A DNA stretch of 64,000 nucleotides from the human T2T-CHM13v2.0 reference genome, Homo sapiens: contig CP068257.2 of the NCBI GenBank assembly GCA_009914755.4, positions 8,000,001 to 8,064,000 of the forward strand, given 5' to 3'. The position numbers and the translations under genes were made by a program. Below, piece by piece: positions 47,109 to 59,240 of the stretch (the stretch's first letter is position 1; each line of letters starts with the position of its first letter). Under the pieces are notes generated by a model that made no database searches, was not told where the DNA came from, and saw nothing but the letters and a program-made list of their open reading frames with translations.

Positions 47109-47243
47109 GTGGAAATGGGGTAGAAGGCCAGCACAGCTTTGCATTCCTGGAGTGTGATGTGGAAGGAAAAGTGCAGAGGAAGACAAACAAAGATGTAAGT
47201 AGGCTTGACTCAGTGCAGCTAAGAGCCCAGATGTTATCTTGAT
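47105..47243 (+). repeat. Shared 140-bp tail (copy 2) of the minisatellite-plus-tail unit
   Basis: atagtggaaatggggtagaaggccagcacagctttgcattcctggagtgtgatgtggaaggaaaagtgcagaggaagacaaacaaagatgtaagtaggcttgactcagtgcagctaagagcccagatgttatcttga aligns to 14512-14649. Confidence 0.8.
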
Positions 47244-47247
47244 GTTA

Positions 47248-47386
47248 TCTATCAGCTAATTTTTTCTATTTTAGTAGAGAAGGGGTTTTACCACCTTGGC
47301 CAGGATGGTCTCGATCTCCTGACCTCATGATCCACGCACCTCAGCCTCCCAAAGTGGTGGGATTAGAGGCATGAGCCACAAAGTGC
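47248..47386 (-). mobile_element. Partial Alu (left monomer plus linker), antisense, abutting the shared tail
   Basis: agctaattttttctattttagtagagaaggggttttaccaccttggccaggatggtctcgatctcctgacctcatgatccacgcacctcagcctcccaaagtggtgggattagaggcatgagccac. Confidence 0.8.
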
Positions 47387-48414
47387 TCAAAAAATCTATT
47401 AATTAAAAATGTGTATGTAGCCGTCTTTAATCTACCATGTCCATTAGCAGATAAATACTATAAGCAAAATAACAACAATGAAAGAAACATAGACTTAGAG
47501 TAGATACTCTGATTTATTTAATAAAAATTTGAAAATAGACCAAATTACTCTATGATAAAAAAAAATCAGTTACTATTGAGGATGAGGGTTAGTGTTTGGA
47601 AAGGGGCAGAAGTATCTCTATTTTTAGTAATGTTCTATTTTCATACATGGTTATAAGCAAATACATGTGTTTCATTAATGAAGCTATCCATATTTAATCA
47701 TTGTACTTTTCTGCATGTATGATATATGTCAATAAATGTCTTAAATTATATACAGCAAAAATAGACAAAAGCACAAGAAGACATACACAAATGTTAAACC
47801 TAGAGAGAAATTTGAATATAAGTAAGTCTCTGAATGACTGGTAGAACAAACCGAAAAATAGGATGGAGAGGTTTGGAACAGCATGATTAGCAAAATTGAC
47901 ATATCTGTCTTTTAATATAGGTAGAAACATAGATAAAAACAGGATTTGTCTCGGAGCATGATTTCTGAAAATAGTGGAATCGAGTTTGAATCTAGTAAGT
48001 ACATATAAATAAATGTCTTAAAACTCCTCTTATGTTAGCTAATTAAGAAATATTATTGTAATAGACATTAGAAAATATTTTAATAAATTGAATGCATTTC
48101 ACATGCTAAGAAAATGATCTTACTTGCATTTGATAGTTCAATTAGATACATATATACCTATAGGTAGTTTAAAATATTTCTAATAACCTTATATACTTTT
48201 AAAAAAGCATTGATATCTGTTTGCACTATCTGGTCTATAGAGTACACATACCAAACATGATTATAGCTCTTCTGCTATAAACTTCAAATGTCTAATTAAT
48301 ACAAAAATCTAGAATGAGAAGAGTTCTTTGCAATTTTTTTTTTTTACGAAATAGAATATAGGAAAGATAGCTGCAAATATACCTGACACACTTATCTGTG
48401 AGTATGGTGGTAGC

Positions 48415-48717
48415 CTTTTTATTTTATTTTATTTTATTTTGAGAGAGGGTCTCACTTTGTCACCCAAGATGGAGTGCAGTCATGTGATCAGAGCTCACTG
48501 AAGCCTTCACATACTGTGCTCAAACGATTCTCCCACCTCAGCCTCCTGAGTAGCAGGGACGGCAGGTGCATGACACCATACTAGCTAATTTTTGTAAAGA
48601 TGGGGTTTCACCATGTTGCCCTGGCTGATCTCCAACTCCTGGACTCAAGAGATCTGGCCACCTTAGCCTCCCAAAGTGCTGGGATTATAGTTTTGAGGCA
48701 CCGCGATCAGCCCAGCC
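48415..48717 (-). mobile_element. Alu SINE (minus) with T-rich (ttttatt)n tail
   Basis: ttttattttattttattttgagagagggtctcactttgtcacccaagatggagtgcagtcatgtgatcagagctcactgaagcc...cctcccaaagtgctgggattatag...cagcccagcc. Confidence 0.85.
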
Positions 48718-51700
48718 TTAAAAAAGGCTGACTAGAGATCTTTATCTATGTATATCTATATCTATTTATAAAATAAACATGTGTTTATTATATAAAATAT
48801 ATATTATTAATATATAAATTTTTTTTCAAGGTAGAAATATATAAAGAGGGTACATGTAGAGCCTCGGTCATTGTGTAGTAAAGCTCAAGGCCTTTGAAGA
48901 AATGCCCCTTGCCTCTTTTGTCTGTGCTAGAATCCGAGAAGGGAAATCAGCAGATGCACTGGTTCCCAGGTTCTTGGCATCCTACAGAGAGAAACATGTT
49001 TGAGCTAGGGTAGCGTTAAACACCCTTGTTCTTACTCTCCTGTTTTATGTAGTGAGCACAGACTAGCTTCATGAGAACAGACTGTGACAGTCGAGGCTGT
49101 CTGTTATTTTGTGCAGCATTAATTGAGAAATTCTAGTACCTGAAGACCCCTGGGCCATTTGAGGGTAGGTGCTGGGGAGGAAAGGGAAGTTTGCATCCCT
49201 CCTGCTGTGGAGAGAACCCGTGGGAAGCACAGACCTTGTCCTAACTGAAGGCAGACCCCTTGCTAACCAGCTTCTCATCAGCCAACCCTGGATGAGTTTC
49301 CATGTCTATTTACTAAATAATCCTTATTGCTTTTCTTCATATGGGCAAAGTATGGTTTACAGGGACTATTGTTCCTTTGAACACCCATCGTGCAAACTGC
49401 TTCCTGTTGTGGGAAAACAGGTTTCCATATGTGTCTTATTGGGAAACACATAGGCAATTTCTATGTTTTTACTGCATCTATTTCATGGATATGGGAACTG
49501 AATAGTGCCCATCAAAGGCTCTCCTGCTGTTGGAAATTGATCTGAGAGCGCGGAAGGACATAATTCTTTCTTTGTTCCTGGGCAGCGGTGGTTGAGGGAT
49601 CATTTTGTGGCAGCTACAGTGGCAATGATGGAGGCAGAATGGAGGGATCAGTACCAAGACAAGGAGAGACTTGGCCTCACAATGGCAGCATTGCAGGGGT
49701 GCGCTCTACAGAGCATTTGCTCACATGGTTTTGGGCATTGTCTCTAAATACATTGCTTCCCCAATAGGTTGACCCATTCTAAATAACTCCTTTTCTCTTT
49801 AAAAAAGGAAACTTCATTTGTATGACTTGCAATTGTAAATGACACCAATTGGCCAGTTATCATTCAAATTCTCTGTTACTTAATCCTGTCTTTTCCTGAC
49901 GTATGCAACTTCCCCTAAAAAATTGGACACTTTGTTGCTTACTCATTGTCTTTACACATTTTAAAATGTTGCTTTATGCCCCCAATCCCTAACTACATTT
50001 TCAATGTTTTGCAAGTGGAGTCCATGTGTTCTTGATTTACGTGAAGCTCAAAATAATGGTTATAGTAACTAGTACTTCATAATTAAGCAAAAAGCTCTTA
50101 TTGAAAAATGACAGAACTATACATAGAGATGACAACATGGAGAGATATTTCCTGAGATCACAAAGTTATGGTATGGCAGAACTAGAACGTTGAGAAGAGA
50201 CTCTGTGTTCCCAATCATTATTTCTACCAGCAGCTTTCTATTTGGATATTAATAATGTTCTTATGTGGGCAACCCTACATATTTGCCAAGGTTTAGTTCA
50301 TTGACAAAGAAATAGAAAGAGCTTCAAGAACACTCTAATCTTTAAAAAATAAAATATCTATAATTGGCCATATGAAAAAAAATTGGTACTTGACATATAC
50401 TGAGATCGTTTTATTTTGTGCGAGACAAATGAAGTCATAGAACAGAATGTGCTTTAAGTTTTATGAATAGTGCTTGCATGTGTGTGTGTGTGTCTATAGA
50501 TGCATATTAGGCCGTTGAAAAGTTTTATTATTCTTTCCAGAAGAGAGACTGCCAACTTTTGAACCTAATTAGAACAAGTAGATTGCTTCTTCATATTTTT
50601 ATGAAGGCAAAGAGAGTCTAGTTAAAAATAATTCAACTTATCGTGGAAACGCTATAAATTGCTGTGAAGTGAGTTGCTGGCTATGGCTTGTCAGAGCACA
50701 TATATTGTACAAATCTTAGGGGAGAATTAGTGCTTATGCATTAAAATCAAATCATCTTGCAGCACACCGAGAAAAAGGTTAGACTTTTAAAATAATTTCA
50801 AAGTCATGAAAAGAGCAAATATGCTCAAGAAAGAGCCTAGCAACGCTCAATGACCAATTCCCCTTTTATATAGTTTGGTATCTGAATTAGAATGCCAGAA
50901 TCTACAAATTCCTCTGGGTGAGGGTGCTGCATTTTGAGGATTTTATAACACTGCCATCACCAAGCTCTCTTTTGTTATTCACTTTAAGGAGATAATTTAC
51001 GGGCAACCAGGGAACATAAACCAAAGTAGATGTCTATCTAGATATATAGATACATCTCCATATCATTGACAAGATACCTTCTGGCCTAGTGTGAGTACAA
51101 TCTATGGGTGTGGTTGGAGAGAACATGTGTTCCACCTGAATGGCAGATCAAGATTATTCCTTCTCATCTGCTGCAATGGCTCAGTGTGTTAAGGAGAGGA
51201 GCGAGACAGCAAGAACTGCATTCACTTAGTCATACAGACCAAAAGGAGGAATGTCGCCCAGCCCTCTTAACTGACCCAGAACACAGCTCATGTCTCAACT
51301 GCTACCTCTACTATTTAGAAAGAAGTGACTCTGCCAAATCAGGGTTCTGGACAAATATATTTTTATTGATCACATACAAATAGATGAAGATGGACTTGGA
51401 TGTTAAGAAAAATAATACTATACAAAATCAAGAGTAGACAGTCACTCCTAGACTTAAATTAAGAGTGTGTACATTAGATAATTTAATCCAATGTATCAGG
51501 TAAAAACTTGAACAAACCTTTTGGCCTCTTCCATACAATTCAGGGAAGCATGTCCTCCACAAAACAGTATCAAAATATAAATAAAAGACTGGCTTAAGAT
51601 GAAAGGAAACCTTATGAATGAAAAGAAGCCAGATGAGAGGCACTTAACTGAGAATGAAAAGAAACTGAGTGGACAAAATAATTATGAGAAGATGAACCTT

Positions 51701-52589
51701 CAAATCAGAAAGAGGGAAAAAAGCTTATTTGATACTATGGGAACTCAAAAGAGAGTGAACACAAATGTGAAAATTCCAGGAGTAAAGAAAAGTAGCACAG
51801 CTGAATTAAGAGCATGAGAAAATGTATACAATTTTGAGTAATAAGAACAGAAATCAAAAGTAACTATTGTATGTTATATTTTAGTAGAGCAACACTGAAG
51901 AAGAATGAAAACAAGAAATAATATTAAATATGAACATAAGGAGAAGAGAATAATATTTTTAAAATTTTGAGTTTCTAAGTTTACCTGAAATTTTAATTTT
52001 GGTTTCTTATGTAATACCAGAGTTATTAGGAAGTTATTAGCTAATAACACTATTTTCAGTGATATTTTAAGTATTTGTCCTAGAAAAATTTCTATTTTTT
52101 AAAAATGTATATTTAAAAATACATTAAATGTGTATATATATCAATCATATGTATCGATTTCTGTTTTTTTTTTGAATTGCAAATGAAATCTGTATTTTTG
52201 TGTTCCTGGAAAAAAATAAACTTGACTGGATCGTAATATATTATTCATGCTGTAATTCAATGTATTTGAATACTTTAAGAATGTTACATTTATAGTTAAC
52301 AGACATTGACCTATAAATTTTCTTTCATATAATGATGCTGTGAGACAATCTAAGAAGAATTAAAATTTAAATTCATGTATTCCTACATTTTCCTCTGTTC
52401 TCTAACTGTAATATATTTTAATTACAGATGGAGGAACAGATAGATGTTAGATAAATAGGTATATAATAGATAGATCATCCAAAATTCTTATTCTTATGGT
52501 TTTATGCAGTCAGTATTTACCTCTATTTTTCTACATGTTTATCCTTCCAATTTAGTTAATTACTTCCTGCACCTTTGATGTCATATATA

Positions 52590-53335
52590 TAAACAGGAAA
52601 TAACACGTGGTGGCCAGAATGTAGAGAGAGCCACAAGACTTGTGAATAAAATCCACAGGCAAGCATGTGGCGATTCCTTTTGCAGTTTTGGAGGGAATGC
52701 CAAACCCTATGTTTGCTGTGGAAAAGAGTATGGTAGTTCCTCAAAACATCAAAATGATATTGCCATATGACTCAGCAGCGCCACATCTCAGGATAGCAAA
52801 AGAATTGAAAGCAGAGTCTTGAAAAAATATTTGCACATCCATGTTTGCAGCAGCATTATTGGCAATAGCTAAAACGTAGAAGCACGTGAAGTGTCCAACA
52901 ACAGATGAATGGATAAGCACAATATGATATATACATACAATAGAATATTATTCAGCCTTAAACATGAGGGAAATATTCTGACATATGTTGCAACTTGGAT
53001 GAAACTTGAGGATATTATGCCAAGTGAAATAACTTAGTCAGTGAAGGACAAATACAGTATAATTCCATTTGTATAAGGGACTTAAAGTGGACAGAATCAC
53101 AGAGATAGTACAATGATGGTTGCCAGAAGCTGGGGGGAGGAAGAAATGGGGAAGTATTGTTTAATGGGTATAGAGTTTCAGTTTCACAAGATGAAACGAG
53201 TTATGGAGATGGATGGTAGGGATGGCTGCACAATGTTATGACTATATTTAGTACCACTGAACTGTACTCTTAAAATGGTTAACAGAGTACATTTTATGTT
53301 ATGTGTATTTTATCACAATAAAAAAAATAAAATAC
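52590..53335 (+). mobile_element. Old L1 (L1M/L1PB-type) 3' end (ORF2 C-terminus plus 3'UTR), sense
   Basis: ...atttgcacatccatgtttgcagcagcattattggcaatagctaaaacgtagaagcacgtgaagtgtccaacaacagatgaatggataagcac...gaaatattctgacatatgttgcaacttggatgaaacttgaggatattatgccaagtgaaataacttagtcagtgaaggacaaatacagtataattcc...gatggttgccagaagctgggggg...atcacaataaaaaaaataaaat resembles the ancient L1 3'-end consensus. Confidence 0.8.
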
Positions 53336-55389
53336 CTTAGGAACATTTTCCTGAAAGAGTCCACATAAAATTCGTTTTAATGCATGTGTTTATGCATAGC
53401 TTTCTATTTTTCTCTTTTCTATTTATATTCCAAATTAGAATATAATGCTAATCAAGCATAGTGGCTGTGTTTCTTGCTTCCTGTAGTCTGCAGGTAGCAT
53501 ACAAATGTAATAAACTACTTATTCATGTCACATCTATTTATTTTCTGCCTTATACCAAGCTTGTGGGATTCTCTTAAATACAACATTTTTATACTTACAT
53601 CTAGGCAATACCCATTAGCATCGCCTTCCTAAATCAGGGGAAATTGAGCCTCTGTAAGGTGGAGTAACTTCCTAAGATACAAAACTCAGCATTAAAGTCT
53701 GTATACTTCAATATCCTGCCCCCTTCTCATTTGTCTTTACTGCCTTTTATGTATGTGTTAGATATTCAATAAATTCTGTTTTTTAAACTGAATTTAAGCC
53801 GTGGAGCAGTGTTTTGTTGAACAATAAATATGATATAAGACACTCTTCCTCCCTTTCATTTATGATGCAGTTCATGAAAAAGAGAAACTCTTTCATTGTG
53901 CTAGAAGCTTAAAGTAATGAAAATGCCACGTTCTATATTAAACAGAAACTGAAGGGAATCAAGGTGAATTGCATGAGACATAGAAAACAAGTGGGAAAGA
54001 AATCTAGTATAATTTGCCCTTTGTGTACCTTTATTATTTAGCGTTTGAGTAAATGTTTCCCCCAAATATCTTCCCATCTTAATTCATGTCTATAAAGTAG
54101 ACATTTATGTCTCACCTTGTCAAGAAGGGCAAACTCTAACATAAACATTTCCCAAAAATGCTTCCTGCTAAAACGTAAGCTCAGTCTGGCTAGAAATTAA
54201 GCTCACTTCATAAAGATTAATTGGTAGCTAATCTTTGCATGCTGTTCTCTGAACTTGAGTGAAAGCTGTCCATCAGGCATACAGGGAATGATGGAAAAAG
54301 TGACAACAGAAGATGAATGCTATGTCACTAACCTTCAAATATGACCTTCCTTGTCTTTTAAATTCTTGATATCTTAAGACTTCATTAATTCATCTCTCTT
54401 TGCCCTGGGTTCAACATTGTGCTATACCAAAACTCATGTAAAACAATGATCTAAGGTAATAAAAATGGCATTTTTCTTTCATGTGGATGCAAGCTAACTG
54501 GCATTTTTACAATCAACATATTTCCTTTGTCAATTTTTGATTCTGTATTGGAAGTAATTCATGGGTATTTCTGAAGGGAAGATGGTGTTTCTGTGTTCAT
54601 TGTGATCCAAACTGTTTTTAGACCTAGTGGCGTTTGTAAAACAATTTGTGCCAGCTGACCAAGGACCACTGTGGCAGAAAGCAGCAAACTTGCGTAAGAT
54701 GTCACTGCCTCATCAGTTGGCTTTGAAAACTAGGGGCTTACTCTATAGTCTTATGAATCAAAGACATTGATAGATGTAGTATAAGATTACAATCATATTT
54801 TCCTTTTGACAGTCACATTATAAAGCATGATGTATTGTAATTAATCTCAATTAGCTGATCACAATTAAAATTAATAAGGTTTCTTATTGCTGATAAAAAT
54901 CATGACTCTCCTGTTCTCAAATGTGCAAGAAATTCTTGTAATTTTAATACAAATTTGCATATTATTACTAATTGATTTAATCTCATTGGATTTGGTTCAT
55001 GGACCCAATTTATTAAAATATTGATAATGGGGTAATGATTTGTCTCCCCATTTCATTTACACTAAAAGCCACAATTCTTACAATGGTCTGCAAGCCCATC
55101 ATTATCTGCCGCATGTTAACCGCCAAAATTCTTTTATATCTTCACCCTTCATCTTACCAGTGTTCCTGGCCACCTCACTGTCCTATAGACATGCCAACAA
55201 GCTGCTGTCTTATGACGAAGACTAGTTAATTTCTTGGCCTGGAAAGATAGCCCTCCATATATCCATTGATGATCTCATTCAACTTCCTCAAGTCTTTACT
55301 GAAACCTCACATTCTCGATGAGACCTATTCAGTATTTCAAACTGCCTCCCAGTTGCAACATTCCAAAACCCCTTACTCTTCTGTGTATT

Positions 55390-58000
55390 TTTGAAAGGAT
55401 TTTTTGAGATATAATTCACATAGAGTGCACACATTAATGTCTACAAGTCAATGGCTTTTCGTATATGCACAGATAAGTGGAGCCATCATCACAATGAATT
55501 TTAGAGCATTTTCATCACTTCAAAAAGAAACCCCACCTTCTCTAGCTGTTAACCTCCTATGAACCCATCCCCTCCTCAATTCTAAGCAACCGCAAATCTG
55601 TTTTCTATCTCTATAGATTTTCCTATTCTATTTTCATCTAAATAGAATCATACAATAGGTGGCCTTTTGTGCCTGGCTTCTTTCAGTTGGCATAATGCTA
55701 TCAAGTTTCATATACGTATTGGTACTTTATTTCTTTTTATAACCGTATAATATTCAATTTCACGGATATAACATTTTGTTTATCCAATAATATTTTTATT
55801 GACATTTGAGTTGTGTTCAGTTTTTGGCTATTTTAAATACTGCTGCTAAAAATACTTGTGTACAATTTGTGTTTGAACACCTCTTTCCAATAATCTGGGT
55901 GTATACCTAGGAATAAATTTCTAGGTCATATGACAATTCTATGTTTAATATATTTAGAAGCCATCAAAGTATTTTCCAAAGTGGCCAATTCTAGCCATAG
56001 AGTGTCTAACTGTGGTTTTGATTTGTAGTTGCCTGATGAGTGATGCTATTGAGTATGTTTTTATGGGATTATTGACCGTTCGTGTATCTTCTTGGGAAAC
56101 ACATCTATTCCTATCATTTATCAGTTTTGAGTTGGGATATTTGTTACTGAGTTAAAACAATTTTTCTATATTCAAGATACATATATATACAGACATATAG
56201 ATACGTGTTTTTCAAATATCTTCTCACAATTTTTGAGCTGCCTTTTGACTTGCTTGGTTGTCCTTTGAAACACCAATGTCTTTAATTTTTAACAAATTTT
56301 AAATATCTAATTTTTATTTTGTTGCTCATGTTTTTGGTGTTACAGCTATTTCCTTGCTAGATCCAAAATCGTGAAGATTTTCCCATATGCTTTATTCTAG
56401 CTCTTGCATGTATGTATTTAATTCATTTGAGTTAATATTTTTGTATGCTTTGGGGTAAGGGTTCCAATTTATTATTTTGCAAGTGGTGATCCACGTGTAC
56501 GTTGTTGACCCAGTTTGTTCAAAGACTGTCTCTTCCTCATTGAATTGCACATGTCACCACTGTAAGAATCCATTGACTATAGATACATAGTTTCATATAT
56601 GGACTCTCAATTCTCTTCCATCAATCTATATATTTTTCCTTCATCAGTATTGTGTTTTCTTGATTACTGATGCTTTGCCGTAAGGTTTGGAGCAGGAGGT
56701 GTTAATTATCCTAATATGTTTTCTTTTTTCAAGACTATTTTGGCTATTTTGAGTCCCTTACAATTCCATGTGTATTTTAGAATCACCTTGTCAGTTTCTA
56801 GACAGAAGTCTGTTGGGATACTTGTACGGATTTCATCAAATCTGTAGTTCAAATTGTAAAGTACTACAATATTAAATCTTCCAATTCATGGGTGTAAGAT
56901 GTTTGCTAATTATTTAGATCTTCTTTAAACAATAATTTTTAATTTTCAGAGTAAAATCTTGTATAATATTTTCCAAATTAATTATTATTTCTTTTTTTGA
57001 TGCTGTTGTAAATTGAAATGTTTTCTTAATTTCATTTTGGGGTTTTCATTGTAGATGTGTGCAATTGGTTTTTGTATATTTACCTTGTATGCTGTAATAT
57101 TGTTGAAATAATTTACTAGTTCTATTGATCAGTGGATTCCTTAAAATTTTCTATATACAAGAATGTTATTTGCAAATAAAGTTTCATTTCTTCCTGTTCA
57201 ATATAGGTGACTCTTATTTCTTTACTTGCCGATTAGCCCTGCATAAAATCTTTAGTACAGTGTTGACTAGAAGAGGTCAAAGTATATATCTTATTCTTAT
57301 CTCCGACCATTGCGGGAAAGTATCCTTTCTTTCACCACTAAGTTGAATGTTTGTTGTTGGCTTTTCACAGGTGCCATGTATCTGGTGTAGAAAGTTCTCT
57401 ATTCCTGGTTCATTGAGTTTTAATTTTTATTTGTAATTATTAAAGCATTTGGATTTTCTTAAATGTCTTTTCTGAATCTATCGAGATGATCACGCAATTC
57501 TTGTTTCTTATTCTATGGATAAGATGTATTATCTTAGTGGGTTTTAGGCTGTTAAACCAACCTGGGATGACTAGTATTAATTTCACTTTGTCATAGTGTA
57601 TAATTCTTTTATATGTTGCTACATTTGATTTGTTAGTATTTTTTAAAGAATTTTGCATTTATACTTATAGTAGTTTTATTTTTCTATGCTATTTGGACTA
57701 AATTTCGTATCAAGGTAACACTGGCCCCACAGAATAAATTGGGAAGTGAATATTTCTCTATTTAAAAAAAAGTTAGTCAAGAATTAATATCAGTTAGTCA
57801 ATACCAACAAATATGATCAATATTATAAATTATTAATTTCTCTGATTTTTATTTTCTTCCTTCTGCTTGCTTTAGGTTTAGTTTGCTATTTTTTCCAGTA
57901 CCTTAATGTGGAAGGTCATCTTATCTCATCCTTTCATTTGTCTTTTCATTTTCAAAATAGTGTCTTTTTAGCATCAGGTGAGCTCCCCAGGTTGGTAGTA
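55390..58000 (-). mobile_element. Old L1 (L1M/L1PB-type) ORF2 region, antisense, about 2.6 kb
   Basis: The plus strand reads the L1 antisense: ...gtggttttgatttgtagttgcctgatgagtgatgctattgagtatgtttttatgg... (compare L1 antisense tgtggttttgatttgcatttctctgatg...). Minus ORF 57440-57658 translates to ...LVIPGWFNSLKPTKIIHLIHRIRNKNCVIISIDSEKTFKKIQ, resembling ORF2 ...[45 protein letters not shown]. Confidence 0.8.
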
Positions 58001-58839
58001 CTCCATGTTTATTGCTGTACAACAATGACAGGTAGTACGTCCTGAAGACAATGGAAACAACATTCAAAATCCTCCTAGATTCCACCTTATGTGATATGTC
58101 CCTTCCTTTGATTGGTTCTAATTTCTACCCTTTCTCTATTATAAACCATGAATACAATGGCATTCAATGAGTTCTGTGAGTCTTTCTAGTAAATTCTTGA
58201 AACTGAGGGTGTTCTGGGGAAACCCCTGAACTTGCAGTTGGTGTCAAAAGTGAGAATCGTATATGGCCTCTTCCTTTGAACTTTGCAGCTGGACCCAAAC
58301 TCTGCACAATTTGGGCCAGAAGTCTCGTGTTGACTTTGCAGCCTAAATTATCTTGTAGTTTGTCTAACCCTTAATAAATTTGCTTTCATCAAATATTGTA
58401 TTTGTTATCCCAAAATTACCATCATGTTTTTTTCTCCAAATAACTAAAATTGGGAGAAATAGCCAGCTGAATCTGTAACTCAACAGAAACAAGTGATCCA
58501 TATACCATATAAGTGGCCATTTCATTTTGTCTCCTTCCACCAAATCTTAGCAACCTCAACCATTACCATGAGCCACTGTAGGCCTACCGGCTACAAACAA
58601 ACAAGTGTCTTTAAAAACATTTCACACTCCCATTTGATAAATTTCCCAGCAAAGAGATGACTGCTTTAACTCTATGCACGTGGGTCATATTCGCAAAGTC
58701 TGGAGATATTATTCATGTAGTGTGAGAAAATCATCCCAGCGATGCCAGCACATTCTCCTTCCCATGATCTGCTTAGTTTGCAAACATGTTCAGGCCATAG
58801 GTGAGAGATTTGCATTTTACAGTACAACAATTTTATGGA

Positions 58840-59240
58840 GGACATTGAAACCTAGATTGAGCATTTTAGTACAGTCACACATCACTGAATGTTAGGGATA
58901 CGTTCTAACAGATGCATCCATAGGCAATTTCATCGTTTTGTAAACATCACAGAGAATATTACAAACACTTAGATTGTACAGCCTACCACTTCTAGGTTAT
59001 ATGGTAGAGCCTCTCTCTCCTAGGCTACAAACCTGTGTACTACATTACCGTACTGAATACTGCAGGCAATAAGAACACAGTGATAAGAGTTTATGTATGT
59101 AAACATACTTAAACATAGAAAAGTATGTAAAAATATGTATTATAATCTCATGGACCACTTTTGCATATGTAATCCATCTTTGACAGAAATGTTATTATGC
59201 ATTACATGACTCTAAGACAAAAATAAAATAACACATTGTA
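58840..59240. mobile_element. Tigger-like (TcMar) DNA-transposon internal fragment
   Basis: ...tacagcctaccacttctaggttatatggtagagcctctctctcctaggctacaaacctgtgtactacattaccgtactgaatactgcaggcaataagaacacagtgataagagtttatgtatgtaaacatacttaaacatagaaaagtatgtaaaaatatgtattataatctcatggaccac resembles the characteristic Tigger1/2 internal segment (…gctatatggtatagcc…ctaggctacaaacctgtacagcatgttactgtactgaatactgtaggc…). Orientation not determined. Confidence 0.6.

Noticed and set aside
49100-49700. Possible LTR/ERV-like segment (ttgagggtaggtgctggggagg...)
   Set aside because: I could not match it to a remembered consensus or find terminal repeats. It is left unannotated rather than guessed.
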